Assembly (NCBI GenBank): GCA_965221185.1
Contig: OZ244866.1
Coordinates: forward strand, 2,469,838-2,533,837
Source: Candidatus Aldehydirespirator sp.
GTDB lineage: Bacteria; Actinomycetota; Acidimicrobiia; Acidimicrobiales; Aldehydirespiratoraceae
DNA: 64,000 nt
Reading direction: 5' to 3'
Positions 9,523-18,654 of the stretch are shown here, one piece after another. Made by a program: the position numbers and the translations under genes. Within the stretch, counting starts at the first letter, position 1, and every line of letters begins with the position of its first letter. The notes below the pieces were generated by a model. That model was not told the DNA's origin, did no database searches, and saw nothing but the letters and a program-made list of their open reading frames with translations.

Positions 9523-9902
9523 TGGCCGCGCTCCTGCTGGACACGCACGTCCTGCTCTGGGCCAACGAAGCGCCGGAACGACTCTCGAGCGAGGCCGTGG
9601 CCGCACTGGAGGATCCGGCCAACGACCTCCTGGTGTCGTCGATCTCGGTCGCTGAGATCGAGATCAAGCGCCGGCTCGGCAAACTGACCCTGGAACACAG
9701 CTGCCACACACTCGCCGAACAGCTCGACGCGCTCTGGCTCGACCTCACGGCAGTTCACGCGATGGCTCTGCGAACACTGCCGTACCTGCACGCCGATCCG
9801 TTCGACCGGCTCCTGATCGCCCAGGCCATGGCCGAGGGCCACACCCTCGTCACCACCGACGAGAAGGTGCTCGCCTACCCGATTTCCACCCTCACCGCGT
9901 GA
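9522..9902 (+). CDS. vapC: PIN-domain ribonuclease toxin VapC
   Basis: 126 aa with PIN acidic residues in context (LLLDTHVLLW, SISVAEIEIK, DPFDRLLIAQA, LVTTD). Confidence 0.9.
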   Translation: MAALLLDTHVLLWANEAPERLSSEAVAALEDPANDLLVSSISVAEIEIKRRLGKLTLEHSCHTLAEQLDALWLDLTAVHAMALRTLPYLHADPFDRLLIAQAMAEGHTLVTTDEKVLAYPISTLTA

Positions 9903-10051
9903 CGACCTGATCCGCACCGCCATCTCCGATGCGCCGGATGCCAACAACTTCCGGCGACCACCGGGCGGCGACATCTTTTCAGTCGCTGCGGTCATGCGAC
10001 TTGTAGGCTCCGAATCCGCCGCCGGCCGCCTAAACGGGAAAGTGCGCAACC

Positions 10052-11890
10052 ATGGACGTCCAACAGATAGTCGGTACGGCCCGCACTGTCAGTCAACTCC
10101 TCTCGAACAGCCGCTAGGGCCTCGACTTCTACCAGCGCGAGTACAGCTGGGAGGAGGCACAGGTCGGCGACCTAATCGAGGACTTGGCCGACCGCTTCCG
10201 CAACGAGTTCGACCCCGGTCACGAACGATCTGACGTAGATTCATACCGCCCCTACTTCCTAGGGCCGATCGTTACGGTCCAGCGCGACGGCATCCGGTAC
10301 CTAGTCGATGGGCAGCAGCGGATCACGACCCTGAGCCTCCTGCTCATCCACCTACGCAGCTCCCTAGCCGGGACGCACCCGAACGAGAAGGCGGCACTCG
10401 ACTCGCTGATCTTCTCGTGGAAGTTCGGGAAGGAGACATTCAATCTCCACGTTGAACAACGCGAGGAGTGCCTTCGAGCCATCCTCAACAGCGGACACTT
10501 CGATGCGGACGGACAGCCGGAGTCGGTCCGGAACCTCTCCAATCGATACCAGACCATCGTTCACCGCTTCCCCGAAGACCTGGTCGGCGAAGCGCTCCCC
10601 TACTTCTCCGACTGGCTCCAACACCGAGTCCTCCTCGTAGACATCGTCGCGTCAGATCAGGACATGGCCCTCGAGATATTCGAGACCATGAACGACCGAG
10701 GCCTCCGGCTGAGCAACACCGACATGCTCAAGAGCTTCCTGCTTCCGCAGGTGCGCGACGAGCAGGCGATCCGCGACCTCAACGACCGATGGCGCCGCCG
10801 GATCACGGAACTGGCCGACTTGGAGCCCAATGCCGACGCGGAGTTCGTGAAGGCCTGGCTGCGGGGTAACTACGCCCTGACGCAGCGCGAGCGCAAATCG
10901 AGGGCTTCGCCACGCGATTTCGAACTGATCGGCACGGCATTCCACAAGTGGGTTCGAGACAACCGGAGCACGATAAGGCTCAGCAAGCCCGCCGATTATC
11001 GACGCTTTGTGGAAAACGAGTTCATGAGGCTCAGCGACCGCTACCTGCAACTGCTCCGATCCACACACGAGTCCGACGACGGCCTCGAAGCCGTGTACCA
11101 CAACGCCCACGCCGGGCTCACGCTGCAACTGCCGGTGATCCTGGCGGCTGTGACCCCTGACGATGATGACCAGACGTTTAGAGACAAGGCCGCTCTCGTC
11201 GCGGGAGCTCTTGATATCTACGTCGTTCGACGTATGGCCAGCTACCGCAACTTCGGCTACTCCACCGTCGTCTACACGATGTTCAACTTGATGAAGGAGT
11301 TGCGGAACCGACCGACTGAGGAGGTCAGAGAAGTTCTTGCCCGGTGGCTCGACCGCGAGCACGAGCGGCTCGACGGGTTCCTCACGCTTCGGCTCCATCA
11401 GCGCAACCGCTGGCATGTCCACTACATCCTGGCTCGGATAACAGCCTGGATGGACGCGGAGTTGGAGACCGGGACGACCTTCTTCAACTACTTCGTGGAA
11501 CGGCGTAGGCACCCATTCGAGGTGGAGCACATCTGGGCCGACCACTTCGACCTGCACTCCCACGAATTCGACAACCCCTACGAGTTCGCAGAGCACCGCA
11601 ACAAGATCGGCGGGCTGCTACTGCTCCCCAAGGACTTCAACGCCAGCTACGGCGCCATGGGCTACGAGGACAAGGTGAAGCACTATTTCCGCCAGAACCC
11701 TCTTGCCCAGTCGCTTCACCACAGAGCGTACAAGAACAACCCGAGCTTCTTGAGGCTTCGAGAGGCCCACGGTCTCGCCTTCCGGACGTACCGGTCATCG
11801 TTCACCAAGGCAGACATCGACGAGCGCCAGGCGCTGTACCGCGACCTGGCCGAGATCATCTGGGCACCAAGCCGCCACGGACTGTGTTGA
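10052..11890 (+). pseudogene. GmrSD-like DUF262/DUF1524 (type IV restriction-like) gene interrupted by an in-frame TAG
   Basis: ATG 10052 gives MDVQQIVGTARTVSQLLSNSR-TAG(10115-10117)-GLDFYQREYSWEEAQVGDLIEDL, which continues in frame into track ORF 10184..11890. That ORF carries the DGQQR motif and the C-terminal His-Me finger region (FEVEHIWADHF, NKIGGLLLLPKDFN). GC is visibly lower than in the flanks. Confidence 0.8.
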
Positions 11891-11895
11891 CGGCC

Positions 11896-11928
11896 CGGCG
11901 AGCCGCCAGCTGCGACGGCCGCTCGCCG
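11896..11928 (+). terminator. possible stem-loop terminator after the GmrSD-like gene
   Basis: CGGCGAGC-17 nt-GCTCGCCG starts 6 nt after the TGA stop. There is no clear U-tract. Confidence 0.3.
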
Positions 11929-12109
11929 CTGTGTTGGGAACGAAACACACGATCACACGCTCGGGTGCTGGTTGAAGGTGAACAATGACTCGGACTGATG
12001 GGGTGGGGACTGATGATGGCCGGACCGGCTCAGTGCAGGCGCCACGGGGACTCGCAGGCTCGGGCGGCTCAAGAGTATGCAGTTGCGCATGTTTATTTGT
12101 GATGGATAT

Positions 12110-12388
12110 ATGCAGAAACAGCGGGTGACGATCACGGTGGACGAGGCCCTTCTCGACGAGGCGAACAGCGCGGTTAGCGCGGGGCGCTCCCGCTCGGTCA
12201 GCGAATGGATCGGCGAGGCGATGGCACAGCGGCGGGACAGAGATCATCGACTCGCCGTGCTGAGCCGATTGCTCTCCGAGTACGAAACCGAGCACGGCTT
12301 CATCACCGATGACGAGATTGCGGAGCAAGCCGAGCGGGATCGGGACGCGGCCGCATCGTTTCGAGTGGCGACTCGACGAGTCGGATGA
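12110..12388 (+). CDS. ribbon-helix-helix (CopG-like) antitoxin
   Basis: ATG 12110 gives MQKQRVTITVDEALLDEANSAV.... ATGA overlap with the following PIN-type ORF. Confidence 0.7.
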   Translation: MQKQRVTITVDEALLDEANSAVSAGRSRSVSEWIGEAMAQRRDRDHRLAVLSRLLSEYETEHGFITDDEIAEQAERDRDAAASFRVATRRVG

Positions 12389-12540
12389 GCGACACTCTGG
12401 ACTCGGGTGCGTTCCTCGCGCTCGAGGGCAACGACCGCCGGATGTGGCGCCGCCTCAAGGGCTCTCTGCAGGCCGCAAGCCCGCCCAAGACCCACGGCGG
12501 CGTGGTCGCGCAAGTATGGCGCGGCGGACCCGGCCGGCAA
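12385..12540 (+). pseudogene. 5' fragment of a PIN-domain (VapC-like) toxin gene
   Basis: MSDTLDSGAFLALEGNDRRMWRRL...VVAQVWRGGPGRQ looks like a PIN N-terminus. Similarity stops near 12540, where an IS21-type fragment begins on the opposite strand. Confidence 0.6.
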
Positions 12541-13000
12541 ACACGACCGGACCCAGGGCGCAGACCCCGGTCCCGGATGCGGCGCACGAACGTCGAATAC
12601 GACGCCCCATAGCCCAGCGCCCGCGCCTCCGCGAACAGCACCGTCGCCCGCACATGGGGGTCCTCCGCCAGCCGCTGGCGCACATAGTCCGCCACCGCGT
12701 CGAAGGGATCGACAGAGCTGCTGCGGCGCACCCCCGCCTCGCGGTCGCCGGCCAGATGGGCGCGCACCGTCTTGTGGTCAAGGCCCAAATGGCGGGCGAT
12801 CGCCGAGATCGACCATCCCTGCCCTCTCAGTGCGTGAATCTCCACGTCTTCTCCATGTGTGGTCATCTGAGCCGGGGCTCCTCTGGTCGCTGAACATCTC
12901 TCAACGCCCAGCACAGAGGAGCTCCACCCCAACCGGGTGGATCCCCCGCAGGTGGGGAACTTCAGTGATCAGAACTGGGGAATTTCAGTGATCGCCGTCA
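12541..13000 (-). mobile_element. IS21-family insertion sequence remnant (left end plus about 104 N-terminal codons of IstA)
   Basis: ATG 12866 with AGAGGAG upstream gives MTTHGEDVEIHALRGQGWSISAIARHLGLDHKTVRAHL...VLFAEARALGYGASYSTFVRRIRDRGLRP, an IstA-type HTH N-terminus. Two 18-bp direct terminal repeats, tggggaa(c/t)ttcagtgatc, lie at 12953-12970 and 12976-12993. No istA C-terminus, istB or right end is present. Confidence 0.65.
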
Positions 13001-13126
13001 GCTCGAGCGAGGCTTTCGCACACCGAACGCGCACCGGAGCCCTCGTGCCACAGATTTGAACTCAGAGCACCGAAGGCATTGAACACCCGGCGGCGCGTCG
13101 CCCCGAGGACTCCGAAGTGTCGGGGT

Positions 13127-13681
13127 CTACGGCTGCTGGTCGGGGAGGAGGGCTTGATAGGCGTCGAGGGTCTCGCGGTTGAAGCAGACGAAGCGCACTA
13201 CGCGGACCTGGGTCGGCGCCGTTCGCACCGCGTGGACCGCGATCGCTGCCGCCGGCTGGACCGGAAAGCCGTAGACGCCGGTGGAGATGGCCGGGAACGC
13301 CACGGACTCGGCGCCGACCTCGTCGGCTCGCGCCAGAGACTCCCGGTAGCACGACGCCAGCAGGGCGGGCTCGTCCTGCTCACCTCCTCGCCATACAGGG
13401 CCGACAGTGTGAATGACCCAGCGCGCCGCGAGGCGGTAGCCGGGCGTGATCTTGGCGTCACCGGTGTCGCAACCGCCGAGACCCCGGCAGAACTCAAGCA
13501 GCTCGGGACCGGCAGCCCGATGAATGGCCCCGTCCACGCCCCCGCCGCCCAGCAGCGATGAGTTGGCTGCGTTGACGATCGCGTCCACCCCCTCGACCGT
13601 GATATCGCCGAGGTCGACCTCTAGGCGGGGGCCGCCAGCATCTGAGGGAGCTGACAAGCCGGAACTGTCCATGCCCGTCAT
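13127..13681 (-). CDS. macro-domain protein (ADP-ribose / O-acetyl-ADP-ribose processing)
   Basis: Motifs [34 protein letters not shown] and [14 protein letters not shown] prefer ATG 13681 as the start; the ORF stays open up to 13780. Confidence 0.85.
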   Translation of the reverse strand: MTGMDSSGLSAPSDAGGPRLEVDLGDITVEGVDAIVNAANSSLLGGGGVDGAIHRAAGPELLEFCRGLGGCDTGDAKITPGYRLAARWVIHTVGPVWRGGEQDEPALLASCYRESLARADEVGAESVAFPAISTGVYGFPVQPAAAIAVHAVRTAPTQVRVVRFVCFNRETLDAYQALLPDQQP

Positions 13682-13784
13682 TCTGCCCGCCGTCGAATCG
13701 TCCACACCTCGCTCGGCGGCGAACCGCTTCCGACCGACCCGGCACCGTGAGACCCGGAATGGGCCGAGCCTTGCGGGCAACTCT

Positions 13785-15320
13785 CTAGGCGAGGGTGAAC
13801 AGCGGCTCGGATTGGTGGGTTTCGGCCGATGAGCGTGCGTTCGGGTCGGCTCGACCTGATGCCAGCCCGGCTACGGAACCCATCCCAGGGTGCCTTGCTG
13901 CCCGCTGGGGCGGGAGTCCGTGGGCTGGCGGGGGGTCGGGGGCGTGTGCGGGTCCGTGGCGGATCCGCTCAGGCGGCGCGATCGTGTAGAGGCCCCTACC
14001 GTCGGGCATCACCCGCCAACCGTGGTGGTGCACCTTCTGGTGGCAGGCCCAACACAACAACATCATGTTGTCGATGTTCGTGGGCCCGCCCTCAGAGACT
14101 GGTCTGATGTGATGGCTCTGGCACAGCCACATGTCGGCGCCACAGCCCCCGCAGGCCCCATAAAGGGCTCGCAGCGCGCTCATCTGGGCCTGGGTGGCGA
14201 GCCGTTTGGCGTGGCTGTGCCACAGAGGCAGCCCCTGATGACTGAACACCACCCCTTTGATCCGGGCGCCGCAGAAGTACTCCTCAAGCACGCTCACAGG
14301 GATCACGCCGCCCCCAGCGACCTCCGCGAACGCCGCAGCGCCATCCGCGCTGAGATGCTGCACGATGGTGATGTCAGCCGACGGCCGGCTCGCACACCCG
14401 CACTTCCTGCCACCTGCGGAGCCGCCTTTGGCGGTCCCGCTCACATCGCGGCCGTTGCCGATATCAGACTCACTCATGACACCGACACCGCCACTGGCCC
14501 GGCTCCCACCGCCATTGCCGATATCAGACTCGCTCATGACCGTGCTGGCGTTGGTGGCGCCGCGGCCATGTCCGGTGGGTGGCGCGCTTGTGGCGCTGGA
14601 GTGGATGCTTCCGTGCGAGGTCAAGGTGTCGAGCGCGTCGGCCATGCGCTGGTTGAGGCTGCGCTTCTCCCCGCCAGCACTGTGCAAGTCCAACCGACGC
14701 AGCCGCTCAGCCTCCAACAAGAACCGCTTGCGCACCTTGGCCCCAGTAACCGGATCCAACTCGCCCCGCAGGTGCACCATGCCGTCGTCGCCGTCCCAGA
14801 TGTTCAACCGACGTCGAGCCCGCTGCCTGCGATAGGCGTCTTCGCCGCCGATGGCTTGGCGCCGTGCAGCCCACCGGCCCGCCTCGCGGACAAAATGCTC
14901 TTGCGCAAGCCCGGCGGCCATCTCTAGCAGTTCGGTGTCGCTCTCAACCTGTTCGGCGCTGGTCTTGTCACTGGCAGCCGCAAGCACCCTGGCGTTCGCA
15001 ACAGAGATGCCACCGGTCTCGACCGCGTCACGCACCGCGGGCATCGACTGCAGGCTGTGCGCGGTCCTCACCTGACCGGCGGCTTCGCGACGGGACAGCC
15101 CGGCAGCCTGCGCTAGCACTCCAACACCGCCGTCGCCGTGACGCTCACGCCCGGCAACCCCGGCAGCGGTATCGGCCTGCAACACCGCCAGCTGCCCGCC
15201 GAAGGTCTTGCACTCGGTCAGAACGGTCCTCAAGTCCGAGGTCGGGGTAGCCGGGTCGTTCACAAAACGGATCAACTCCGCCAGTCCCTCCCGCACCTGT
15301 CGTACCGTCCCAATACCCAT
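13785..15320 (-). CDS. DUF222 / HNH endonuclease (13E12-repeat-like) protein
   Basis: C-terminal HNH region ([36 protein letters not shown]) and a DUF222-like N-terminal part. Internal 60-nt duplication at 14451-14540 ([10 protein letters not shown] twice). I prefer ATG 15320 as the start. Confidence 0.85.
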   Translation of the reverse strand: MGIGTVRQVREGLAELIRFVNDPATPTSDLRTVLTECKTFGGQLAVLQADTAAGVAGRERHGDGGVGVLAQAAGLSRREAAGQVRTAHSLQSMPAVRDAVETGGISVANARVLAAASDKTSAEQVESDTELLEMAAGLAQEHFVREAGRWAARRQAIGGEDAYRRQRARRRLNIWDGDDGMVHLRGELDPVTGAKVRKRFLLEAERLRRLDLHSAGGEKRSLNQRMADALDTLTSHGSIHSSATSAPPTGHGRGATNASTVMSESDIGNGGGSRASGGVGVMSESDIGNGRDVSGTAKGGSAGGRKCGCASRPSADITIVQHLSADGAAAFAEVAGGGVIPVSVLEEYFCGARIKGVVFSHQGLPLWHSHAKRLATQAQMSALRALYGACGGCGADMWLCQSHHIRPVSEGGPTNIDNMMLLCWACHQKVHHHGWRVMPDGRGLYTIAPPERIRHGPAHAPDPPPAHGLPPQRAARHPGMGSVAGLASGRADPNARSSAETHQSEPLFTLA

Positions 15321-15326
15321 AAACAC

Positions 15327-15356
15327 ATGATGCCATAGGGGTGTGACAATTGTCAA
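15327..15356 (-). promoter_or_regulatory. putative promoter of the HNH gene with embedded palindrome
   Basis: On the minus strand: TTGACA (15356-15351), 18 nt, then TGG-CATCAT (15332-15327), then 6 nt to ATG 15320, which implies a leaderless transcript. The perfect palindrome TGACAATTGTCA (15344-15355) overlaps the -35. Confidence 0.45.
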
Positions 15357-15460
15357 GCATTTACATGATTTTTCAAACCAACTGAACGTTCACCACTCTA
15401 CTCCAGCCGATCAGCGCCGCGAGACCGGTAGGCGCACTTGCCAGCGCGTACTGTCGGGGC

Positions 15461-15964
15461 GTGCCGCGGTTGTTCGTCGCGCTCTGGCCGCCTGAGAATG
15501 TGGTGCGGGAGCTGGCTGGGATGCCCCGGCCTGAGGTGGACGGTCTGCGCTGGACCAAACCCGAGCGGTTGCACATCACCCTGCGGTTCCTGGGCCAGTG
15601 CGACGAGGCCGAGGCGGCCCGAGCGCTGCGCCGGGTCAGCTTCGCGCCGGTGCGGGTCGCGCTGGGACCGTTGCTCAAGCGCCTGGGACGCGGCATCGTC
15701 ATGTTGCCGGCCAGCGGCGTGGACGGTCTCGCCGCTTCGGTAACGGAGGCGACCGACCGCATCGGCCAGCCTCCTCCGGAGCGTCGCTTCACCGGTCACA
15801 TGACCGTCGCTCGCTTCCGGCGCGATCCACCATCGGGCCAATGGCCGCCCGAGGGCCTGCCCACGCTCGATGCCTCGTTCACCGCATCGGACATGGCTCT
15901 GGTACGCGTGGAGCCTTCCGGCGCTTACGTGAACGTGGAGCACTTCGACCTGAGTCCTCCATGA
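15461..15964 (+). CDS. thpR: 2H phosphoesterase, RNA 2',3'-cyclic phosphodiesterase / 2'-5' RNA ligase family (copy 1)
   Basis: 167 aa with two H-x-T motifs (HITLRF, HMTVARF). Confidence 0.85.
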   Translation: MPRLFVALWPPENVVRELAGMPRPEVDGLRWTKPERLHITLRFLGQCDEAEAARALRRVSFAPVRVALGPLLKRLGRGIVMLPASGVDGLAASVTEATDRIGQPPPERRFTGHMTVARFRRDPPSGQWPPEGLPTLDASFTASDMALVRVEPSGAYVNVEHFDLSPP

Positions 15965-15978
15965 TGTAGCTCCGACTC

Positions 15979-16830
15979 TCAGCCGGCCGCGATGAGCGCA
16001 ACCGCCACCAGCGCGACGCCGAGTCCCAGCACCTGGACCCTTCGCAACTTCTCGCGGAATACGAGCCAAGCCCAGAACACGGTCACCGCAGTGAACAACG
16101 ACGTGAGGACGGCCGCCACCGACGTAGACCCCACTCGGGTCGCCGTCAGGAACAGCGCATTGCCGACGGTAACCAGTGCCGCAATGGCGAGCACGTGAGG
16201 CCACACGTCACGAGACACCGACCTGGGAATCCCCCTTGTGGCGATGACGAGCGCTAGCACCACGAACCCGGACCCGCGTGCGGCCACAATCGGCCACAGG
16301 CCGCCGTTCTCCGACGTCCGGGAAAGGCACAGGAACAAGAGCCCGATTCCGAGTGCCCCGCCCAACCCGTAGAGCAGGCTGGATCCGACGCTGCCCCGCT
16401 GATCGGAGCGGGCGATGCTGACGAGCCCAATGGCCACCAGTCCAAGAAGAATCCCTGCGATCGCCCTGATCGACAAATCGTCATCACCGAAGAGCGATTC
16501 GACGATGACGGGCAGAGCGGCCGCGCCCACACCAGCCACCGGCGCGGCCACAGTGACCCGAGCGCAGGCGTATCCCGCGTACAGCGCGACCAGCCCGGCC
16601 GACACTCCGACACCGCCCAGCGCCCCCCAGGCCGCATCGGTGGCCGTGACCTCCCCTACTACGACCAACGCCGCGACGAACGCCATCGCGAAGCCAGCGA
16701 GGTTCGAAGAGGCAGTCACCACAACCGGCTCGGCTCGCCGGCTGCTCAAACCACCCAGAAAGTCCGACGTCCCCACTGACAGCGCGGCCAACAAGCCCAA
16801 GAGCACCGTCACAACGACATCACCTCGCAA
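15979..16830 (-). CDS. EamA/DMT-family membrane transporter
   Basis: 283-aa, highly hydrophobic protein with about 10 predicted helices arranged as a duplicated 5-TM pattern. Confidence 0.75.
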   Translation of the reverse strand: MRGDVVVTVLLGLLAALSVGTSDFLGGLSSRRAEPVVVTASSNLAGFAMAFVAALVVVGEVTATDAAWGALGGVGVSAGLVALYAGYACARVTVAAPVAGVGAAALPVIVESLFGDDDLSIRAIAGILLGLVAIGLVSIARSDQRGSVGSSLLYGLGGALGIGLLFLCLSRTSENGGLWPIVAARGSGFVVLALVIATRGIPRSVSRDVWPHVLAIAALVTVGNALFLTATRVGSTSVAAVLTSLFTAVTVFWAWLVFREKLRRVQVLGLGVALVAVALIAAG

Positions 16831-17010
16831 GTCTGGTGGGCGGTGCGGTCATTGTCGACTGCTGCCAAACGACAGTGCGGGCGCAGCCCTCCCAGCCGTG
16901 GTGATGTCCCCTCTGACAGCAGCCGGAACCGATTGGCGGTTTGACCGCTCAGTCCTGGCGCGGCCCGAGCGGTCCGGTCGCGAAAGGTCGCTCTGGCATA
17001 ATGTCCGGAA

Positions 17011-17508
17011 ATGCCACGGCTGTTCGTTGCCGTCTGGCCGCCCGACGATGTGTTGGGGGAGCTGGCCGCAATGCCCCGGCCCACAGTGGACGGTTTGCGT
17101 TGGACCAAACCCGAGCGGCTGCACATCACCCTGCGGTTCCTGGGCCAGTGCAACGAGACCGCGGCGACCGCGGCACTGCACCGAGTGAGCTTCGCGCCGA
17201 TCAGAGTGACGCTGGGACCGACGCTCAAGCGCCTGGGGCGCGGCGTCGTGATGTTTCCGGCTAGCGGCGTGGACGGCCTTGCCGCTTCGGTCACGGAGGC
17301 GACCGACCGCATCGGCCAGCCTCCCCCGAAGCGTCGCTTCACCGGTCATATGACCGTGGCCCGCTTCCGGCGCGATCCGCCATCGGGCCAATGGCCACCC
17401 GAGGATCTGCCCACGCTCGATGCCTCGTTCACCGCGCCGGATATGGCCCTAGTGCGCGTGGAGCCCTCGGGCACCTACGTGAACGTGGAGCGCTTTGGCC
17501 CTCGCTGA
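17011..17508 (+). CDS. thpR: 2H phosphoesterase, RNA 2',3'-cyclic phosphodiesterase family (copy 2)
   Basis: 165 aa, collinear with copy 1 and highly similar over most of its length (MPRLFVA(L/V)WPP..., HITLRFLGQC, HMTVARFRRDPPSGQWPPE). CATAAT at 16997-17002 lies 8 nt before the ATG. Confidence 0.85.
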   Translation: MPRLFVAVWPPDDVLGELAAMPRPTVDGLRWTKPERLHITLRFLGQCNETAATAALHRVSFAPIRVTLGPTLKRLGRGVVMFPASGVDGLAASVTEATDRIGQPPPKRRFTGHMTVARFRRDPPSGQWPPEDLPTLDASFTAPDMALVRVEPSGTYVNVERFGPR

Positions 17509-17618
17509 CGCGGCAGGAGCGCCACGGTCAGTTCGGGGCCGGGGCTCAGTCGAGCAGGGCGTCGGAGCGATCGAGCAGGTTCATCGGTGCTACCTGCTGC
17601 ATCTGTCCTGCTTCGGCG

Positions 17619-18569
17619 TCACTTCTCCCAGTGGGGAGTCCAGTCGCCTTCCAGTTGCATTGACATCCTGGCGTCGTCGGCTACACGCCGGGCCACGCAC
17701 ATCTCTCCCGCATCGAGGCCGTAGCGAGCCGCAGCCCGCTCGAAGGCGCTCCGGGCCGCCGCGGTCACCGGCAGGTCCGCGTCCACGCTCGACTCGAGGT
17801 CGGCCAGCAAGCCCAGATCCTTGACGCACAGAGCGAGCGGAAACGACGGGTCATAGTGACCGGCGAAGATACTGGGGGCGTCGTGACGGGCAACAAAACT
17901 GTCACCCACGCTGTTAAGGATGGACTCCCACAGGATCCTCAACTCCACGCCGTTGGCCACGCCCACCGCGAGACCCTCGCCCAGGACGGCGGCGGCCGCA
18001 AACCACAACTGGTTGGTCACGAGCTTCACGACGTTGCCGGAACCGAGCGGACCGCACTCGATCACGGTCCCGAGAATCTCGAGCAGGGGCCGAGCCACGG
18101 CCACTGGCTCCGGCTCACCTCCCACGAACAGGGTGAGCGTGCCGAGGCGGGCGCCGTCAACTGCGCCCGTCACCGGCGAGTCGACCACGGCCACGCCTGC
18201 GGGTGCGGTCGAAGCCAGCCCCAGCACCAGTTCTCGGCTGTTGGTGGTGAGATCGACCCACACTGAGCCGGGTCTCATCGCGCCGAGCGCACCGCCGGCC
18301 CCGGCCATGACCGCCTCCACCTGTGGGGGTCCGGGCAGTGACGTCATGAACAGATCGGTGTCGCGAGCGCAGTCGCGAGCCGACGATGCGGCCGTGGCCC
18401 CGGCGTCCACCGCCGCGGCCAGCGCATCTGCGTCGAGGTCGTAGGCCCTGACGTGGTAGCCCGCGGCCACCAGCCGCCGGCACATCGGTCCCCCCATCGT
18501 CCCGAGTCCCACGAACCCGATCCTGCGACGGGCCCGAGCCTCTCCGGATGCGGGCGCTGAGCCGTCCAT
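17619..18569 (-). CDS. NAD(P)-dependent beta-hydroxyacid (3-hydroxyisobutyrate-type) dehydrogenase
   Basis: N-terminal Rossmann motif IGFVGLGTMGGPM, with family-typical central and C-terminal regions. Confidence 0.85.
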   Translation of the reverse strand: MDGSAPASGEARARRRIGFVGLGTMGGPMCRRLVAAGYHVRAYDLDADALAAAVDAGATAASSARDCARDTDLFMTSLPGPPQVEAVMAGAGGALGAMRPGSVWVDLTTNSRELVLGLASTAPAGVAVVDSPVTGAVDGARLGTLTLFVGGEPEPVAVARPLLEILGTVIECGPLGSGNVVKLVTNQLWFAAAAVLGEGLAVGVANGVELRILWESILNSVGDSFVARHDAPSIFAGHYDPSFPLALCVKDLGLLADLESSVDADLPVTAAARSAFERAAARYGLDAGEMCVARRVADDARMSMQLEGDWTPHWEK

Positions 18570-18654
18570 GAGCCCAGAAAGCTACCGCAGAGCACACGGC
18601 CGATCCCACGGTCAGATGTCCAGTTCCCGCAGCCAGCGAAAGGGCCGCCACAAC

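Noticed and set aside
10000-10030. tRNA-like T-loop string ggctccgaatcc, as a possible tRNA fragment or att site at the island edge.
   Set aside because: The flanking bases cannot form a T-stem or acceptor stem, and no matching direct repeat is seen at the other end of the island.
10115-10117. Could the in-frame TAG in the GmrSD-like gene be decoded as pyrrolysine, given an MttB-family gene in the same window?
   Set aside because: The MttB homologue here has no in-frame TAG, so it is the non-Pyl type. No pylTSBCD-like genes are visible. The position aligns with a conserved Tyr in DUF262 proteins. A nonsense mutation or sequencing error is the far simpler explanation.
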